From assembly GCA_964016885.1 (NCBI GenBank), contig OZ024743.1, positions 123,194,001-123,258,000 on the forward strand: a stretch of DNA of 64,000 nt. Reading direction: 5' to 3'. Every line of letters begins with the position of its first letter. Positions within the stretch are counted from its first letter, which is position 1. Positions 1 to 14,325 of this stretch are shown piece by piece. Source of the stretch: Eledone cirrhosa. Lineage: Eukaryota. A program made the translations under genes and the position numbers. The notes under the pieces were generated by a model, which saw only the letters and a list, made by a program, of their open reading frames with translations, was not told the DNA's origin and ran no database searches.

Positions 1-465
1 ATATTCTTCTTCTTCTTCGCCCAATTATTATTAAATTATATCATATATATTTTAACTGCTAGATATCGAAGTACCCTGAGGTAAGCACTGCACTCAACAT
101 CCTGAAGCATCTCAAATCCCATTTGATTATTCAAGCGGACTATATGCCGTGATGATTAAGTATGCATAATCTTGTTTTACAATTTTTTCCGAAATTTTCC
201 ATGGCAAATGTTTCGACAATAGGGGAGTAGACATTGAGACAGGAGAGATTGAATTTTATAAGTTTCCCTATCTCTCTCACTACGAGTTCTCTAGAGAAAC
301 AGGGGTAGTAGATAGTAATTTGTTCTGAAGACTATCTGAAAAGGCTAGATCAATACTATGGAACCAACGCTCTGCATCGTCTTCACACTCGTCGAAACAA
401 AACATTTGTAATGGAAAAATTACGAATAAGTTGTTGTAGAAACCCATTAAGCATACTTATTCTTT

Positions 466-489
<24 letters not shown>

Positions 490-518
<29 letters not shown>

Positions 519-1110
519 ATACTATTTATAGTTATGTATATAGTATAAACAACCTTAAGCAGGAAGGTCAGTTATATCTTAATTACCTTATTACCAGTAA
601 GAGAAATAGCTCAATGTATGAACCTCAGTTGTTTTACAGAGCAGTTAAATAAATAAATTATACAATTATCAAAGTTGTGTTCCAATCATTTAATAGCTGA
701 CAATCGTTTCTTCCAAACTCTCGTTTGGGGTCATCGGATCATTATCAATGTTTGCACATATAATTACCCTCCTATCCAACTGAACAATAATATAGATACA
801 TGTAAATTGATGTTGTGAGAAACAGTTTCGTATTTACAGGGTGGAATGGATGTGACATACATTTTACGAGAATTGTACAATAATTGTACAAAAATTCAAG
901 TTCAAATTCAAATCAAAATTCAAATTAAAATCAAAATCAAAAGCACGGGGTGGAATACATGCAACAGTTAAAACAAGGAAATAGTCCAAATATTAAAGAG
1001 GCATTGAGGAAGCAGTTTTGAGAAAGGAAGAGTGCGATAACAAATCATATGCAGGCGTGTGGATAGTGTGACTGCGTAAGTCATATACATGAGAAGGAGA
1101 CAAGCAAAGC
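490..1110 (-). mobile_element. Penelope-like pLTR cassette between (TA)n tracts, carrying a hammerhead motif
   Basis: TA-flanked; 490-700 recurs reverse-complemented at 7255-7430 and 9773-9950; hammerhead motif at 694-741. Confidence 0.6.
694..741 (-). ncRNA. Type I hammerhead ribozyme motif (degenerate)
   Basis: Minus strand reads CCGATGA-ccccaaa cgagag tttggaa-GAAA-cgattg-TC-agct; stem II CCAAA/TTTGG; near-palindromic stem III. Confidence 0.6.
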
Positions 1111-1176
1111 TATTATGCATATATATATGCATATATATGCATATCTATATATGCATATATATATATATATGTATGA

Positions 1177-1249
<73 letters not shown>

Positions 1250-1251
<2 letters not shown>

Positions 1252-1366
1252 GTCTGAAGAAGTGACAACTGATTATACATTTGCTATCGAATACTTGCTA
1301 ACATTATATGATTACGCAAGCAGCGATACATAGGTATTCCGTCTGTTACAGAAACATATGTCAATA
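1250..1366 (+). ncRNA. Hammerhead motif with ~90-nt stem II
   Basis: CTGAAGA (1254) agtgaca...tgttaca GAAA (1351) CATATG TC, followed by AATAAA; TA-flanked; stem I weak. Confidence 0.55.
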
Positions 1367-1439
1367 CCTAATAAATTCCTTTTAAAAAAAAGCACTTTCA
1401 TTTTATATTCATCTTTTCTATATATATATATATTCACAC

Positions 1440-1925
1440 ACATATTTGTTGTGAAAGAGTCATTTCTCAATCTTGGCGCAAAACCAATTTTTTATCCACA
1501 TGACCTTTACCGACCAATCAAAATTGTTTTGACCAATAATTTTTGCTGGAGCCACTTTTTTAACATTTTAACATAAAAACAGTCTTGGCGCAAAATCAAC
1601 TTTTTACATTCACATGACCTCTACCGACCAATCAAAATTGTTTTGACCACAAGCATTTTTGCAACACAAAAATAACGCTGGAGCCACTTTTTTAACATAA
1701 AACCAGGTAGAATTCCCAAAACTAATCAGATCAGAGCAAACAGCACGGACACTCTATCTCAAAATTAGTTTTGAAAAGCATTTAGAAATGCGCAACCGGT
1801 AAAAACTTAAAACTTAAAACCACAACTGAATACTAACCCATACAATCACTAATACTCTTTTATTCCTAATTAAACCATTTTTCAACTGTGAACAATTTGT
1901 CAGCATTTTCTATTCCGTTTACCAA
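1440..1925 (+). mobile_element. TA-flanked PLE-like cassette with internal ~120-bp direct repeat and variant hammerhead (1767-1807)
   Basis: TTGAAAA-gcatt taga aatgc-GCAA-ccgg-TA-aaaact; 3' part nearly identical to the arms of the 33751-34144 palindrome. Confidence 0.6.
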
Positions 1926-1944
1926 TATATATATATATATATAT

Positions 1945-2145
1945 ATGAAAAGAAATCAACGCCGATGGCTGAGCACCGGCCGTTTCGACAGCTAAATCCG
2001 CACTCATTTCGGATCTAGCTGGTGAAACGGCCGGAGCTCAGCCGTCGTGGTCCTGAATCATTTCATATTAATCACTCTACTACCCCAAGTATCGATTACT
2101 CTGGTGGGCTATGGTCCACCTCGTATTCTACCACACCTTTTCCGA
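1945..2145 (+). mobile_element. Hammerhead family A cassette, fold-back copy (divergent subfamily)
   Basis: Inverted ...tttcgacagctaaatccg / cggatctagctggtgaaacggcc... followed by the family tail; TA flanks. Confidence 0.7.
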
Positions 2146-2224
2146 TATATATATATACATGTATGATTGCATACTCTCGAGGAAGTCGTAGGAGCACCGC
2201 ATTGACATACGATGTTACTAGGGC

Positions 2225-2440
2225 ATATAATAAAACCTGACAGAGCCCATCTTTATGTGTGAATACAGCAGATTTCTTCCAGAGATGGATACAGAGTGAG
2301 AGAATAGAAGTGAGGAAGCGATATAAAGGAAGAATTGACCCCAGGAAAAGTTGACCCAGGCGGGATTTGAACTCAGAGAGCCGAAACAAATATCCACAAA
2401 GCATTCTATCCGACATTCTAAAGAGTCAGCCAATTCGCCG
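2225..2440 (-). mobile_element. Degenerate tRNA-derived SINE
   Basis: ggcgggatttgaactcaga B-box reverse complement; similar to the full copy at 43270. Confidence 0.6.
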
Positions 2441-2494
2441 CGTCTCTCTCTGTATATATCTATATATACAAATATTTTAGAGATATGCATGTGT

Positions 2495-2780
2495 GAAGGC
2501 GCGTGGCTTAAAGAGGAAAGTGTTGGTTTTAAATTCGTGAGATTGGGAGTTCAATTTGCGGTGAGGCATTGAACCCTATTTAAGTCAACTCAACCGGCAA
2601 AAATTAGGTGTACCTCAAAGGGCCGGTCGTTTTATACTTTGTTTCCTGCACAATCTCCCTGACAAGTACGTTACGGGTGTAGGTTTTTGTGGAATGCTTA
2701 TACACTAGAACGTTAATTTCGTTAGCGAGCTGTTCTGTGATCGGAGAATAGATCTCTCATACTCGGAATCGATGGATCTT
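2495..2780 (+). mobile_element. tRNA-derived SINE, second family (degenerate)
   Basis: ggcgcgtggctta...gagttcaat head; body related to 16830-17140 and 31955-32250. Confidence 0.6.
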
Positions 2781-2845
2781 CCCTATATATATATATATAT
2801 ATATATATGCTTTTATTTGTTTTCACTGCATGCCCGTATATGGAC

Positions 2846-2946
2846 TGTACCCCTTGATAAGTTCAGCTAGATTCACGCCGTTCTAATACATCTGGCTTAG
2901 TTCAGATCTAGCTGTCGAAATAGCCAGAGCTCAGCCGTCGGGGTCA
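2846..2946 (+). ncRNA. Complete type I hammerhead of family A, U3:A8 core variant
   Basis: tgtacccc-TTGATAA-gtt cagctagatt...gatctagctg tc-GAAA-tagc cagagctca gccg-TC-ggggtca; stems I, II and III can all be paired. Confidence 0.7.
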
Positions 2947-2953
2947 TGATTCT

Positions 2954-3025
<72 letters not shown>

Positions 3026-3029
<4 letters not shown>

Positions 3030-3189
3030 GGATACACTAGAAGAGGAAGACCAAGGTTAACGTATGTTGATGCCCTAAGGAGAGACACTGGTCTATTGGA
3101 GACGCAGGAGATGGCAGCGATAATGAGGGACAGAGACCGCTGGAGAGAACTCGTCCATGGATCTCGGAAATTTTACCCGCCTTAGAATA

Positions 3190-3192
<3 letters not shown>
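3026..3192 (+). mobile_element. 3' end of an RTE-type LINE (5'-truncated)
   Basis: Translates to RRGRPRLTYVDALRRDTG...MRDRDRWRELV, typical of an RTE ORF C-terminus; tagaa-repeat tail. Confidence 0.7.
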
Positions 3193-3256
<64 letters not shown>

Positions 3257-3913
3257 CATTGAACCAGTTTTACACAGAATACACGATACTTGGAATAGTA
3301 GTGTATGACACTTTCTAATAAGAATATTTTGCTTATACCAAGGCTACAACAATGCATCATTTTAAGTGTAAAATATTTCAATATAGCCCTTTGGATATAA
3401 CCCCTCATTCAAGGGATATCTTGTATCTTCCGTATATGCAACAGTTTTGTAGTTAAATTTATGCGTTTTGGTAGTTTTGCAAAAAGCAAAACAAGCTTCA
3501 TTCTTACTACATGTTTATTTGTTTACATACCAGCAGAACAGATAAATGTGTTAATAGGTGGATATGTTAATGTGGTGGTTAAAATGACGTTCGACGCCCG
3601 TACGTTGTTCTGTCCAATTTAATCCATCTCATGGACTTATATCTCTGATCTATTCAAGCAAGATATGCAGATTGCTAAAACAACGTTTGATAGCCAGAAA
3701 AATAATGTTTGAGCAAAATGATACAGAGCTCCATTGCAGGCGTATTTGTCCAGGTTTTTCGTCTCCAGGGAAGCTTTGGCCGATATTCTTCAAATGCCGT
3801 TTATATTTATTTGTATTGTATTTTCGAATTTCAATTTCCTGATTCCAACACACACACACACTTACACACACACTTACACACGCATGCACACACACTTACA
3901 CACACACACTTAC

Positions 3914-4195
<282 letters not shown>

Positions 4196-4254
4196 TATAT
4201 ATATATATATATATGAATGTATATACAAAAATATATATATATATGTACACACAC

Positions 4255-4317
<63 letters not shown>

Positions 4318-4321
4318 CATG

Positions 4322-4712
4322 TAAAGTTATATTTAAAATTGTTGGGTTACAACTAGTAAATATTTATAACTGATATAAAAGCACTCGACAAATATTTGGA
4401 GTATATTTACAATATTAAATAAATGGAAAACTATATTTATAAAACCATATTTATTTCATTATATATATTTCGGGGATATCATATTAACAATATCTTTCTT
4501 TCTCTCTGTATTTTCACTGCTAGCGTAAACCTCTTCAAATGAAGTTGATGTTTATTACGGTATGTCGAATATATTTATCTATAAAACTGTTTATATTGTA
4601 TTTTGTCTGATGAAGGCATAGCATATTGTTAATATGATATCCCCGAAATATATATAATGAAATAAATATGGTTTTATAAATATAGTTTTCCATTTATTTA
4701 ATATTGTATATA
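4322..4712. mobile_element. PLE-like fold-back cassette, arms 4400-4492 and 4622-4712
   Basis: ~90-bp inverted repeat; hammerhead overlapping the right arm. Confidence 0.75.
4600..4663 (+). ncRNA. Type I hammerhead motif
   Basis: attttgt-CTGATGA-agg...catatt gtt aatatg...cccc-GAAA-tatata-TA-atgaaat. Confidence 0.7.
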
Positions 4713-4960
4713 TATACATATATATTTATATACATACACAAACACAGTCTTATATGTATTGTTTTTAACTTCATAAAGAAGCCTGACGAGAAGATTAATA
4801 GTTGATTTGGGTGTATAACACATATGGATCTTATATATATATATATAGATATAGATATAGATCTAAGTATAGTTATATACATATGTGTGTGTGTATGTAT
4901 GTGCATATATATTCCTTCTGGCAATATTATTACAACAATATGACCCTCTCCAAGTATAGT

Positions 4961-5076
<116 letters not shown>

Positions 5077-5528
5077 TATGAAATACGTCCCTTCACGCAC
5101 AAGGCGCCAAGGTACGCATGTATTGTCCGATCGGTAAAGGTAACTATAGTAGGTAAAGTCAATTTTTTAAAATTTATTTTGAAACTTTTTCATTATTTAC
5201 TAAACCTTGTTTATATATATATATATATATATATACATATATACATCAACACATCAACACACTTACAGGCTCATTTAAACGAGAAAAAAGTTTGGTTACG
5301 AGTATAGAATTAGAACGCAGTTTCTCATAATTTTGTTATGGCTATTATGTGTCTCTATCTGTCAATAAATGACTCTGTCTGTTATTTACCTATTTTTTCT
5401 TGGTAAATAATAGATACATAACTGACAAGTTATCAAAATTATATTGTATTTGTAATAACACATATCTATACACATACCTACACAAATACTGCATACGCAC
5501 TCACACACACACACAAGTGCATATCTTA

Positions 5529-5562
<34 letters not shown>

Positions 5563-5576
5563 TAAGATATATATAT

Positions 5577-5746
5577 AACGAAGGAAATGTGGTAAGGAAC
5601 CAGGTGGACCATAACGCACCAAAGTACTCAATACTTAGGGTAGTAGAGTGGGTAATAGGAACAAGTAGGACCCCGACGGCTGAGCTCAAGCCGTTTCGAA
5701 TTAGCCGTCGAAACGGCTTGAGCTCACCCGTCGGAGTCCTACTCGT

Positions 5747-5750
<4 letters not shown>
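5577..5750 (-). mobile_element. Hammerhead family A fold-back copy
   Basis: Family consensus in (TA)n; absent from the paralogous site in duplication unit 2. Confidence 0.85.
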
Positions 5751-5829
<79 letters not shown>

Positions 5830-5977
5830 ATGTAACCTTATAACTATACATTGTCTTTAACTGAATGAACATAGAATACTCTTCTGATTTGTGTTCATCA
5901 CGGTAATCTAACCGTGAATACTTCATATATATGTTTGTATTTTTGTGTGTCTGTATTGACAGCAGTATTTATGAATG

Positions 5978-6595
5978 TCGGGTCACTCTTGAGTGCTACT
6001 GGTAACATGTGACCCAGTACAAGCTGTCGCATGGTCGGTAGTCGGCGACTAAACCGGCAACCCCACCAAGTTTACTTGGTGAGGAGGGTGATTTTGGACA
6101 TCCTGCAGGACAAAAAAACAAAGCCTGACAAAGGGCGGAAGAACTCATAAGAGTCAACGGCCATCCAAAAGTGTGTAAATATGTCTATACACATGTACAT
6201 ATGTATATGTATATGTGTATATACATGGGTGCATGTGTATGTATATGCGCGGGGACATAGAAATAGTCAGGCTGGACACCCGATCGCGCGGTTAAACCAG
6301 TGGGAGTGAAGGAGCCCTAGCATTTGTCAGGGCATTCTTCTAGGAGAAGGCAACTCAGGAAACTGGGACAACTCCTATATAAAACCTGCGGCTCAGTAGT
6401 TACCGATGATGTTGATCTTTTCTTCTTTTCGGGTTATAGCTACTGTCGCTCAGAGAGTGGGATTGGCTCAGTGCAGTCTTTCCTCTCTATAAAAAATACC
6501 TTCACGCACAGGCATTGCATGATAAAATTAATTAATAATTATTAATAATGGTATATCGTGCAATGGCCATACTCGATAACGAGAGGGCAGCCATC
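5978..6595 (+). mobile_element. Non-autonomous RTE-derived element, type A, (TATG)n tail
   Basis: RTE 5'UTR-like ctaggagaaggcaactc motif; 3' stem-loop ctcgataacgag; copies at 8543, 26543 and 46810. Confidence 0.7.
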
Positions 6596-6988
6596 GTGTA
6601 TGTATGTATGGATGGATGGATGGACAGCAGTTTGGCTTGTTCATCAGACGCGGTTACCCTAGGTAGATTAGCAATACCGTTGGTAGCGTTTGAAACTGCG
6701 TTCATCAATTATTTTGTCATTGTTTTTTATTTGAGATAATAATACTAAAAAGAATTATTCCAATCTACTTGTTTTCGTTCATCTTGATTTCCATTGCCTT
6801 CTCTTTGTCAATTATCTTAATTTTATTATTAGTTTATATATATATATATATATATAATTCCATATATATATATGATTCCAGTTCCTCAGAGAAATAACAA
6901 CACAACCAGGAGCTGGACACATCGGAGTATTGACGGAGTAAAACACACTTCAACAACATGTGTACCTGTCTCTCCCACACCATGTCGG

Positions 6989-7043
6989 GCTGCCTGAAGA
7001 GGTCACAGCCAATAATGGCTCTCACTGAAATATATATAGCAGT
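6989..7043 (+). ncRNA. Type I hammerhead motif in a TA-flanked cassette (6870-7162)
   Basis: gctgc-CTGAAGA-ggt cac agcca ataa tggct ctc act-GAAA-tatata-TA-gcagt. Confidence 0.8.
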
Positions 7044-7158
7044 ATTTTACATATTTGACTTAATTATTTTACATTACTCCGGAGTAAACAAACCAACCTG
7101 CGTAACTTCGTCGAATGCTTCAATCTATATACTGAGGTGTCGGTAAACAACCAACATA

Positions 7159-7254
<96 letters not shown>

Positions 7255-7257
<3 letters not shown>

Positions 7258-7430
7258 GCTATTAAATGATTTGAACACAACTTTGGTAATTGTATAATTT
7301 ATTTATTTAACTGCTCTGTAAAACAACTGAGGTTCATACATTGAGCTATTTCTCTTACTGGTAATAAGGTAATTAAGTAATTACTGGCCTTCCTGTTTAT
7401 AGTTGTTTATACTATATATATAACTAAAAA
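7255..7430 (+). mobile_element. Truncated copy of the 490-741 family starting at the hammerhead cleavage site
   Basis: Begins tc|agctattaaatg directly after (TA)n; paralogous copy at 9773-9950. Confidence 0.7.
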
Positions 7431-7492
<62 letters not shown>

Positions 7493-7493
7493 T

Positions 7494-7531
<38 letters not shown>

Positions 7532-7848
7532 CATCAACACATCAACACACTTACAGGCTCATTTAGACGAGAAACAAGTTTGGTTACGAGTATAGAATTA
7601 GAACGCAGTTTCTCATAATTGTGTTATGGCTGTCACGTGTGTCTATCTGTCAATAAATGACTCTGTCTGTTATTTACCTATTTTTTCTTGGTAAATAATA
7701 GATACATAACTGACAAGTTATCAAAATTATATTCTATTTGTAATAACACATATCTATACACATACCTACACAAATACTGCATACGCACTCACAAACACAC
7801 ACAAGTGCATATCTTATGCATATATATATGCATAAGATATATATATAT

Positions 7849-8066
7849 AAACGTTTGTATATGTATAATAAAGCCAAAACAATGCAGGTATGGACATAGA
7901 ATAAAGAATGCAAATGCAAAAGATATTGTTGACAATTAGTCTTTTACCTTAGATTTAATTAAATGTCCTAAATTTTCGAGATAATATCTCTTCTTCAGAG
8001 GGAAGTAAAATCGTCAAACCAGTGTTCTAAATAGCTTGCCAAGTCAGCATGACTATAACCTCCTCC
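7849..8066 (-). mobile_element. TA-inserted cassette with minimal hammerhead (7965-8003)
   Basis: Minus strand: ccct-CTGAAGA-agagat att atctc-GAAA-att-TA-gg; absent from duplication unit 1. Confidence 0.7.
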
Positions 8067-8102
8067 TATATATATATATGTGTGTATATATATATATATA
8101 TA

Positions 8103-8168
<66 letters not shown>

Positions 8169-8542
8169 ATGTATCCTTATAACTATACCTTGTCTTTAAC
8201 TGAATGAACATAGAATACTCTTCTGATTTGTGTTCTTCACGGTAATCTAAACGTGAATACTTCATATATATGTTTGTATTTTTGTGTGTCTGTATTGACA
8301 GAAAGAAAAGGAGAGAGGAGATAGAAAAAGTGAGGATAAGTTTATAATATCTTTTCCGTGTACCGCATTCCTATGTCTGTCTCGATGCATATCGTCATAA
8401 AAGTGTACCACAACTATTGAATGATGGCTTAAAAAACTCTAACCTTTAGCAATAGCTCGAACGATTTACACACAAAAAATGACATATACACAGGCACACA
8501 GACATATGCATATGTATGTATTTATGTATGTATTTATGAATG

Positions 8543-9163
8543 TCGGGTCACTCTTGAGTGCTACTGGTAACATATAACCCAGTACAAGCTGTCGCATGGT
8601 CGGGTAGTCGGCGACTAAACCGGCAACCCCACTAAGTTTACTTGGTGAGGAGGGTGATTTTGGACATCCTGCAGGACAAAAAAACAAAGCCTGACAAAGG
8701 GCAGAAGAACTCATAAGAGTCAACGGCCATCCAAAAGTGTGTAAATATGTCTATACACATGTACATATGTATATGTATATGTGTATATACATGGGTGCAT
8801 GTGTATGTATATGCGCGGGGACATAGAAATAGTCGGGATGGACACCCGATCGCGCGGTTAAACCAGTGGGAGTGAAGGAGCCCTAGCATTTGTCAGGGCA
8901 TTCTTCTAGGAGAAGGCAACTCAGGAAACTGGGATAACTCCGATATAAAGCCTGCGGCTCAGTAGTTACCGATGATGTTGATCTTTTCTTCTTTTCGGGT
9001 TATAGCTACTGTCGCTCAGAGAGTGGGATTGGCTCAGTGCACAGTCTTTCCTCTCTATAAAAAATACCTTCACGCACAGGCATTGCATGATAAAATTAAT
9101 TAATAATTATTAATAATGGTATATCGTGCAATGGCCATACTCGATAACGAGAGGGCAGCCATC
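8543..9163 (+). mobile_element. Non-autonomous RTE-derived element, type A (duplicated copy)
   Basis: Near-identical to 5978-6595. Confidence 0.7.
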
Positions 9164-9550
9164 ATGTATGTATGTATGGATGAACAGCGGTTTGGCTTGT
9201 TCATCAGACGCGGTTACCCTGGATAGATTAGCAATACCGTTGGTAGCGTTTGAAACTGCGTTCATCATTTATTTTGTCATTGTTTTTTATTTGAGATAAT
9301 AATACTAAAAAGAATTATTCCAATCTACTTGTTTTCGTTCATCTTGATTTCCATTGCCTTCTCTTTGTCAATTATCTTAATTTTATTATTAGTTTATATA
9401 TATATATATATATATATAATTCCATATATATATATGATTCCAGTTCCTCAGAGAAATAACAACACAACCAGGAGCTGGACACATCGGAGTATTGACGGAG
9501 TAAAACACACTTCAACAACATGTGTACCTGTCTCTCCCACACCATGTCGG

Positions 9551-9605
9551 GCTGCCTGAAGAGGTCACAGCCAATAATGGCTCTCACTGAAATATATATA
9601 GCAGT
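9551..9605 (+). ncRNA. Type I hammerhead motif (duplicate of 6989)
   Basis: Same sequence as 6989-7043. Confidence 0.8.
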
Positions 9606-9720
9606 ATTTTACATATTTGACTTAATTATTTTACATTACTCCGGAGTAAACAAACCAACCTGCGTAACTTCGTCGAATGCTTCAATCTATATACTGAGGT
9701 GTCGGTAAACAACCAACATA

Positions 9721-9775
<55 letters not shown>

Positions 9776-9948
9776 GCTATTAAATGATTTGAACACAACT
9801 TTGATAATTGTATAATTTATTTATTTAACTGCTCTGTAAAACAACTGAGGTTCATACATTGAGCTATTTCTCTTACTGGTAATAAGGTAATTAAGTAATT
9901 ACTGGCCTTTCTGTTTATAGTTGTTTATACTATATACATAACTAAAAA

Positions 9949-10011
<63 letters not shown>

Positions 10012-10029
10012 TATATATTTATTTATATT

Positions 10030-10077
<48 letters not shown>

Positions 10078-10131
10078 AATATATATATACGTGTATATAT
10101 ATATGTGTATATATATATATATATAGATAGA

Positions 10132-10257
<126 letters not shown>

Positions 10258-10594
10258 CTAATAATAGTATTTATACTTATGTATGAGTTATATATAATTA
10301 TACATATGAAAGGGTAGTATGCTGCACTGCCAGATTACCAGTAAGAGAAATAGCTCAATGTAAAATATCATATGTATTACAGAGTAGAAATACAATATGT
10401 ATAGATATATATACTAATATATATATATATATATACCAATATATATATATATACCAATATATATATATATATATATAAACAGGGAGTGTAACTTGGAATT
10501 ACTGTAGATTCACCCGGGTGAGCACTCGATGTTTAGGTTCACTTCAGTGTCGAGGTGTAGAGCTAGATAGAGGGTTTCCATTACCATTGTAAAG

Positions 10595-10679
10595 GGTCTG
10601 ACGAACCGCGGATTACAGAGTCGGGACAGATCGATAAAGATCGAACCTTAAGCTGATCAATGGCGAAACGCGCGTCACC
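10595..10679 (+). ncRNA. Type I hammerhead motif followed by AATAAA
   Basis: ggt-CTGACGA-(60-nt stem II)-GAAA-cgcgcg-TC-acc, then aaccAATAAA. Confidence 0.7.
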
Positions 10680-10732
10680 AACCAATAAACGTAATGATGG
10701 AGTAACCAATCGTCCTTGTTATATTATTTCAC

Positions 10733-10866
<134 letters not shown>

Positions 10867-11137
10867 TATATATAGATTATATATATAAACCGTCAATTGC
10901 CTTAACTGTATCTCGATTGAGTCAAAACCAATCACGAAGCCAAGCAAAGGTAAGACATATATTTACAAAAGGTTCACTGACATCAAATCAATACCGTTTA
11001 AGGATGAGCTAAATCGCGCAAGTCCTTATTGCTTTGTTTACATTTATCTATGAACCAAACACCAACCCTCATCAAGTACTGGTTTGGGGACGAAGGACGT
11101 GATCAGTCTGATAAATTGATAGATATATTTCTTTATT

Positions 11138-11173
<36 letters not shown>

Positions 11174-11410
11174 TAATAACTAGATATTGATTAACATATA
11201 AATAAACATGAATAATCACAGGAGATAATTTTCTCCTGTGATTATTCATGTTTATTTATATGTTAATCAATTTCTAGTTATTATAAAGTGCTCAGACCTA
11301 CTTGTTAGAATCTTAGAGCTTATTTTGCGGGTGATATGGCGCATGTCTTTCTGGCATGACACCCATAATTTTGATTTAGATTAAATTCATTTGATTTATC
11401 TTAATATTGT
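11174..11410 (+). mobile_element. Fold-back cassette (hairpin 11174-11284 plus tail)
   Basis: ~50-bp inverted arms with a short loop; ends in (TA)n. Confidence 0.6.
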
Positions 11411-11419
11411 ATATATATA

Positions 11420-11480
<61 letters not shown>

Positions 11481-11608
11481 TATATGTATATATATATGTA
11501 CATATATATATATACATATATATATACATATATATATGTATATATAGATGTATATATATATATATACATATATATATACATATATATATATATACATATA
11601 TATACATG

Positions 11609-11639
<31 letters not shown>

Positions 11640-11712
11640 GTATATATATATATATATATGAATATACATATATATGTGTATATATATCTACAGTAATTCC
11701 AAGTTATACTCC

Positions 11713-11754
<42 letters not shown>

Positions 11755-11760
11755 ATATTG

Positions 11761-11837
<77 letters not shown>

Positions 11838-12004
11838 TATATACATATATATATATATATATACATATTGTATTTCTGCTCTGTAATACATATGATATTT
11901 TACATTGAGCTATTTCTCTTACTGGTAATCTGGCAGTGCAGCATACTACCCTTTCATATGTATAATTTATATAACTCATACATAAGTATAAATACTATTA
12001 TTAG

Positions 12005-12363
<359 letters not shown>

Positions 12364-13249
12364 TATATATATATTGTTATACTTTGGGAGGGTTATGTTG
12401 CCAATAAGAAACACACGCACCAATTCCTTTCACTCCAATTTATCATAAATTAAATTTATAAATTTAAGAAATTTGTAAATTTCCGGTTAGTTGGTTGGTT
12501 CCACAACCGGACGGGTGTTCATATATTGTCAAAGTTCTTTCGTCACACATTCTGTATAACAATATCGGTTTCAACACACGTTTTCAGAAAAATAATCTTG
12601 CTAAACAAATTCAGAAATGATATATATATTTATATATAATATATGTAGTCTCAGTCTCGTCTAAAGGAAACAACTAATGTATTGCTTGTTCTCTTACTTT
12701 CATTGCCATCATTATATATATATAACATCATGATATGTATATATATATATATATAATGATATAATATCAAAGAAAGTAAGAGAACAACGAGTAATACATT
12801 AACAATTTCCTTTAGAAGAGAATTTTACAAGTTAAGTAGGAAACACATCTCTATGATCTTATACACACATACACATGTAGATATATACATTTTATATATT
12901 TATAATCTAGTTTAATGCATTTATCAAGGCTTCTTAATATGTTCAAAGGGTTACTTGCAGGTTATTTTTCAATAGTAAAGTCTTCAATGGTAAATTCTTA
13001 AATACTTAATAATACTAGGACATAGTCGTGTTTTCAACACGTACAAACATACACAAACACCGCTTCCTCCACACATTCATCGACACACACACTCCCACCA
13101 ATATATATATATATATATAAGTATGTTTTGAAACAATGAGCGAGTTTGAAATTAAAAAATATAAGCTTTCACCGTATTTTTGACTAAAGAAGTGTTTTAG
13201 CCTGATAGTGGGGTTTAGAACCCTCAGAGAAATTGAAAAAGATGAATAT

Positions 13250-13320
13250 TGACGTACATGGGAGTCGAACCCACATCTTTGGTTATCCAGACCACTGTGC
13301 TACCATTACACCAACACATC
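13250..13320 (-). tRNA. tRNA-like sequence or pseudogene (GGA anticodon, no long variable arm)
   Basis: Cloverleaf: GATGTGT/GTACGTC acceptor, TGGTGTAATGGTAGCAC D arm, TGGT-CTGGATA-ACCA anticodon arm, GTGGG-TTCGACT-CCCAT T arm; T5 run downstream. Confidence 0.6.
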
Positions 13321-14049
13321 ACCCATATATATATATATATATGTGACGGGTGTGTTTGTGTGTCTGGGCCAATATGTATCTATGCATGTATGTATGTTGC
13401 TCTGACCTAAACGTCATTTTCACACTTACATATAATATATCTTTTATAGTTTATTCAGAGAAATAAGATGCAAAACCCATGAGGGTCCGTGAGACAGTTG
13501 GCAAGACTTGAAGTTAACCCCAGTCGGAAAATCTTATCTGAATGTTTGCGAGACAAGTACCTACAATAAAGTCAACTAAGCAAGGAAGAACAGTTATATT
13601 CGAGTGGATTCCACGCCTTTTCTATCAAAACTTTTTAATCCAAAAGACTGGATCGACATTTTCTGAAGGGAACACTCTATTAGATCGAATCTCGAACCAC
13701 CTGATTGCTGAGCTAACTTATTAATCATGCGACCGTCTCCCGTGTTACAGTAACTGTCAAGTCATGTAAAGCGATGGAGGAAATTATAAGTGGTAGTTAT
13801 ATATGTCGTTATCCAGCCTAAGAGGCTCTTTCCTTTAATGGAGTGTTACGTATACACATATGAGATAGGTAGATAGGTAAATAGTTAGGTCGGGATATAA
13901 GGCGACAGATTTTTTTTTTTTTTTTTTCCAGTGACACCCTGTCGTTTTAATAAGTGACAGCAAATGAAAATTATGTTTCCAAAATTTACTGTTCTTTAAT
14001 AATTATTGCCATATTCCATCCAAACCCTCATCCTGATGTATGTTCAATA

Positions 14050-14235
14050 TAATAATTGTTTCTACGTTAGGCACAAGGCCAGCAATTACCCAGTACATTA
14101 CTTGTACTTTATTTTATCGACCCCGTAAGGATGAAAGGCAAAGTTAACCTCGGCGGGATTTGAACTCAGATCGTAAAGGGACGTAACTATGCTGGAAAGC
14201 ATGGCGTCCGACCCTCTACCGATACTGCCAATTCA
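14050..14235 (-). mobile_element. tRNA-derived SINE with Meta/MESC-like core
   Basis: Matches the full copy at 43270-43460. Confidence 0.85.
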
Positions 14236-14294
14236 TATCATAATGTGTCTTGATAAGTCTTCGACACTTGTTGCCTATGTGTTTGACTGTGACT

Positions 14295-14325
<31 letters not shown>

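Larger units (their letters stand above)
5240..10000 (+). repeat. Tandem segmental duplication, units ~5240-7500 and ~7530-10000
   Basis: Both units start acatcaacacatcaacacacttacaggctc, share the same blocks in the same order with high identity, and end in (ATT)n. Confidence 0.95.

Noticed and set aside
5978-6065. HDV-like ribozyme at the RTE-derived 5' end
   Set aside because: A nested P1/P2/P3/P1.1 pseudoknot could not be assembled by eye.
6625-6700. CTGATGA on the minus strand (also near 50540)
   Set aside because: No matching GAAA or stem III downstream; truncated or chance.
13250-13320. Functional tRNA-Ser(GGA)
   Set aside because: No serine variable arm, several G-U pairs and a mismatch, and GGA is not a usual eukaryotic anticodon; kept only as tRNA-like.
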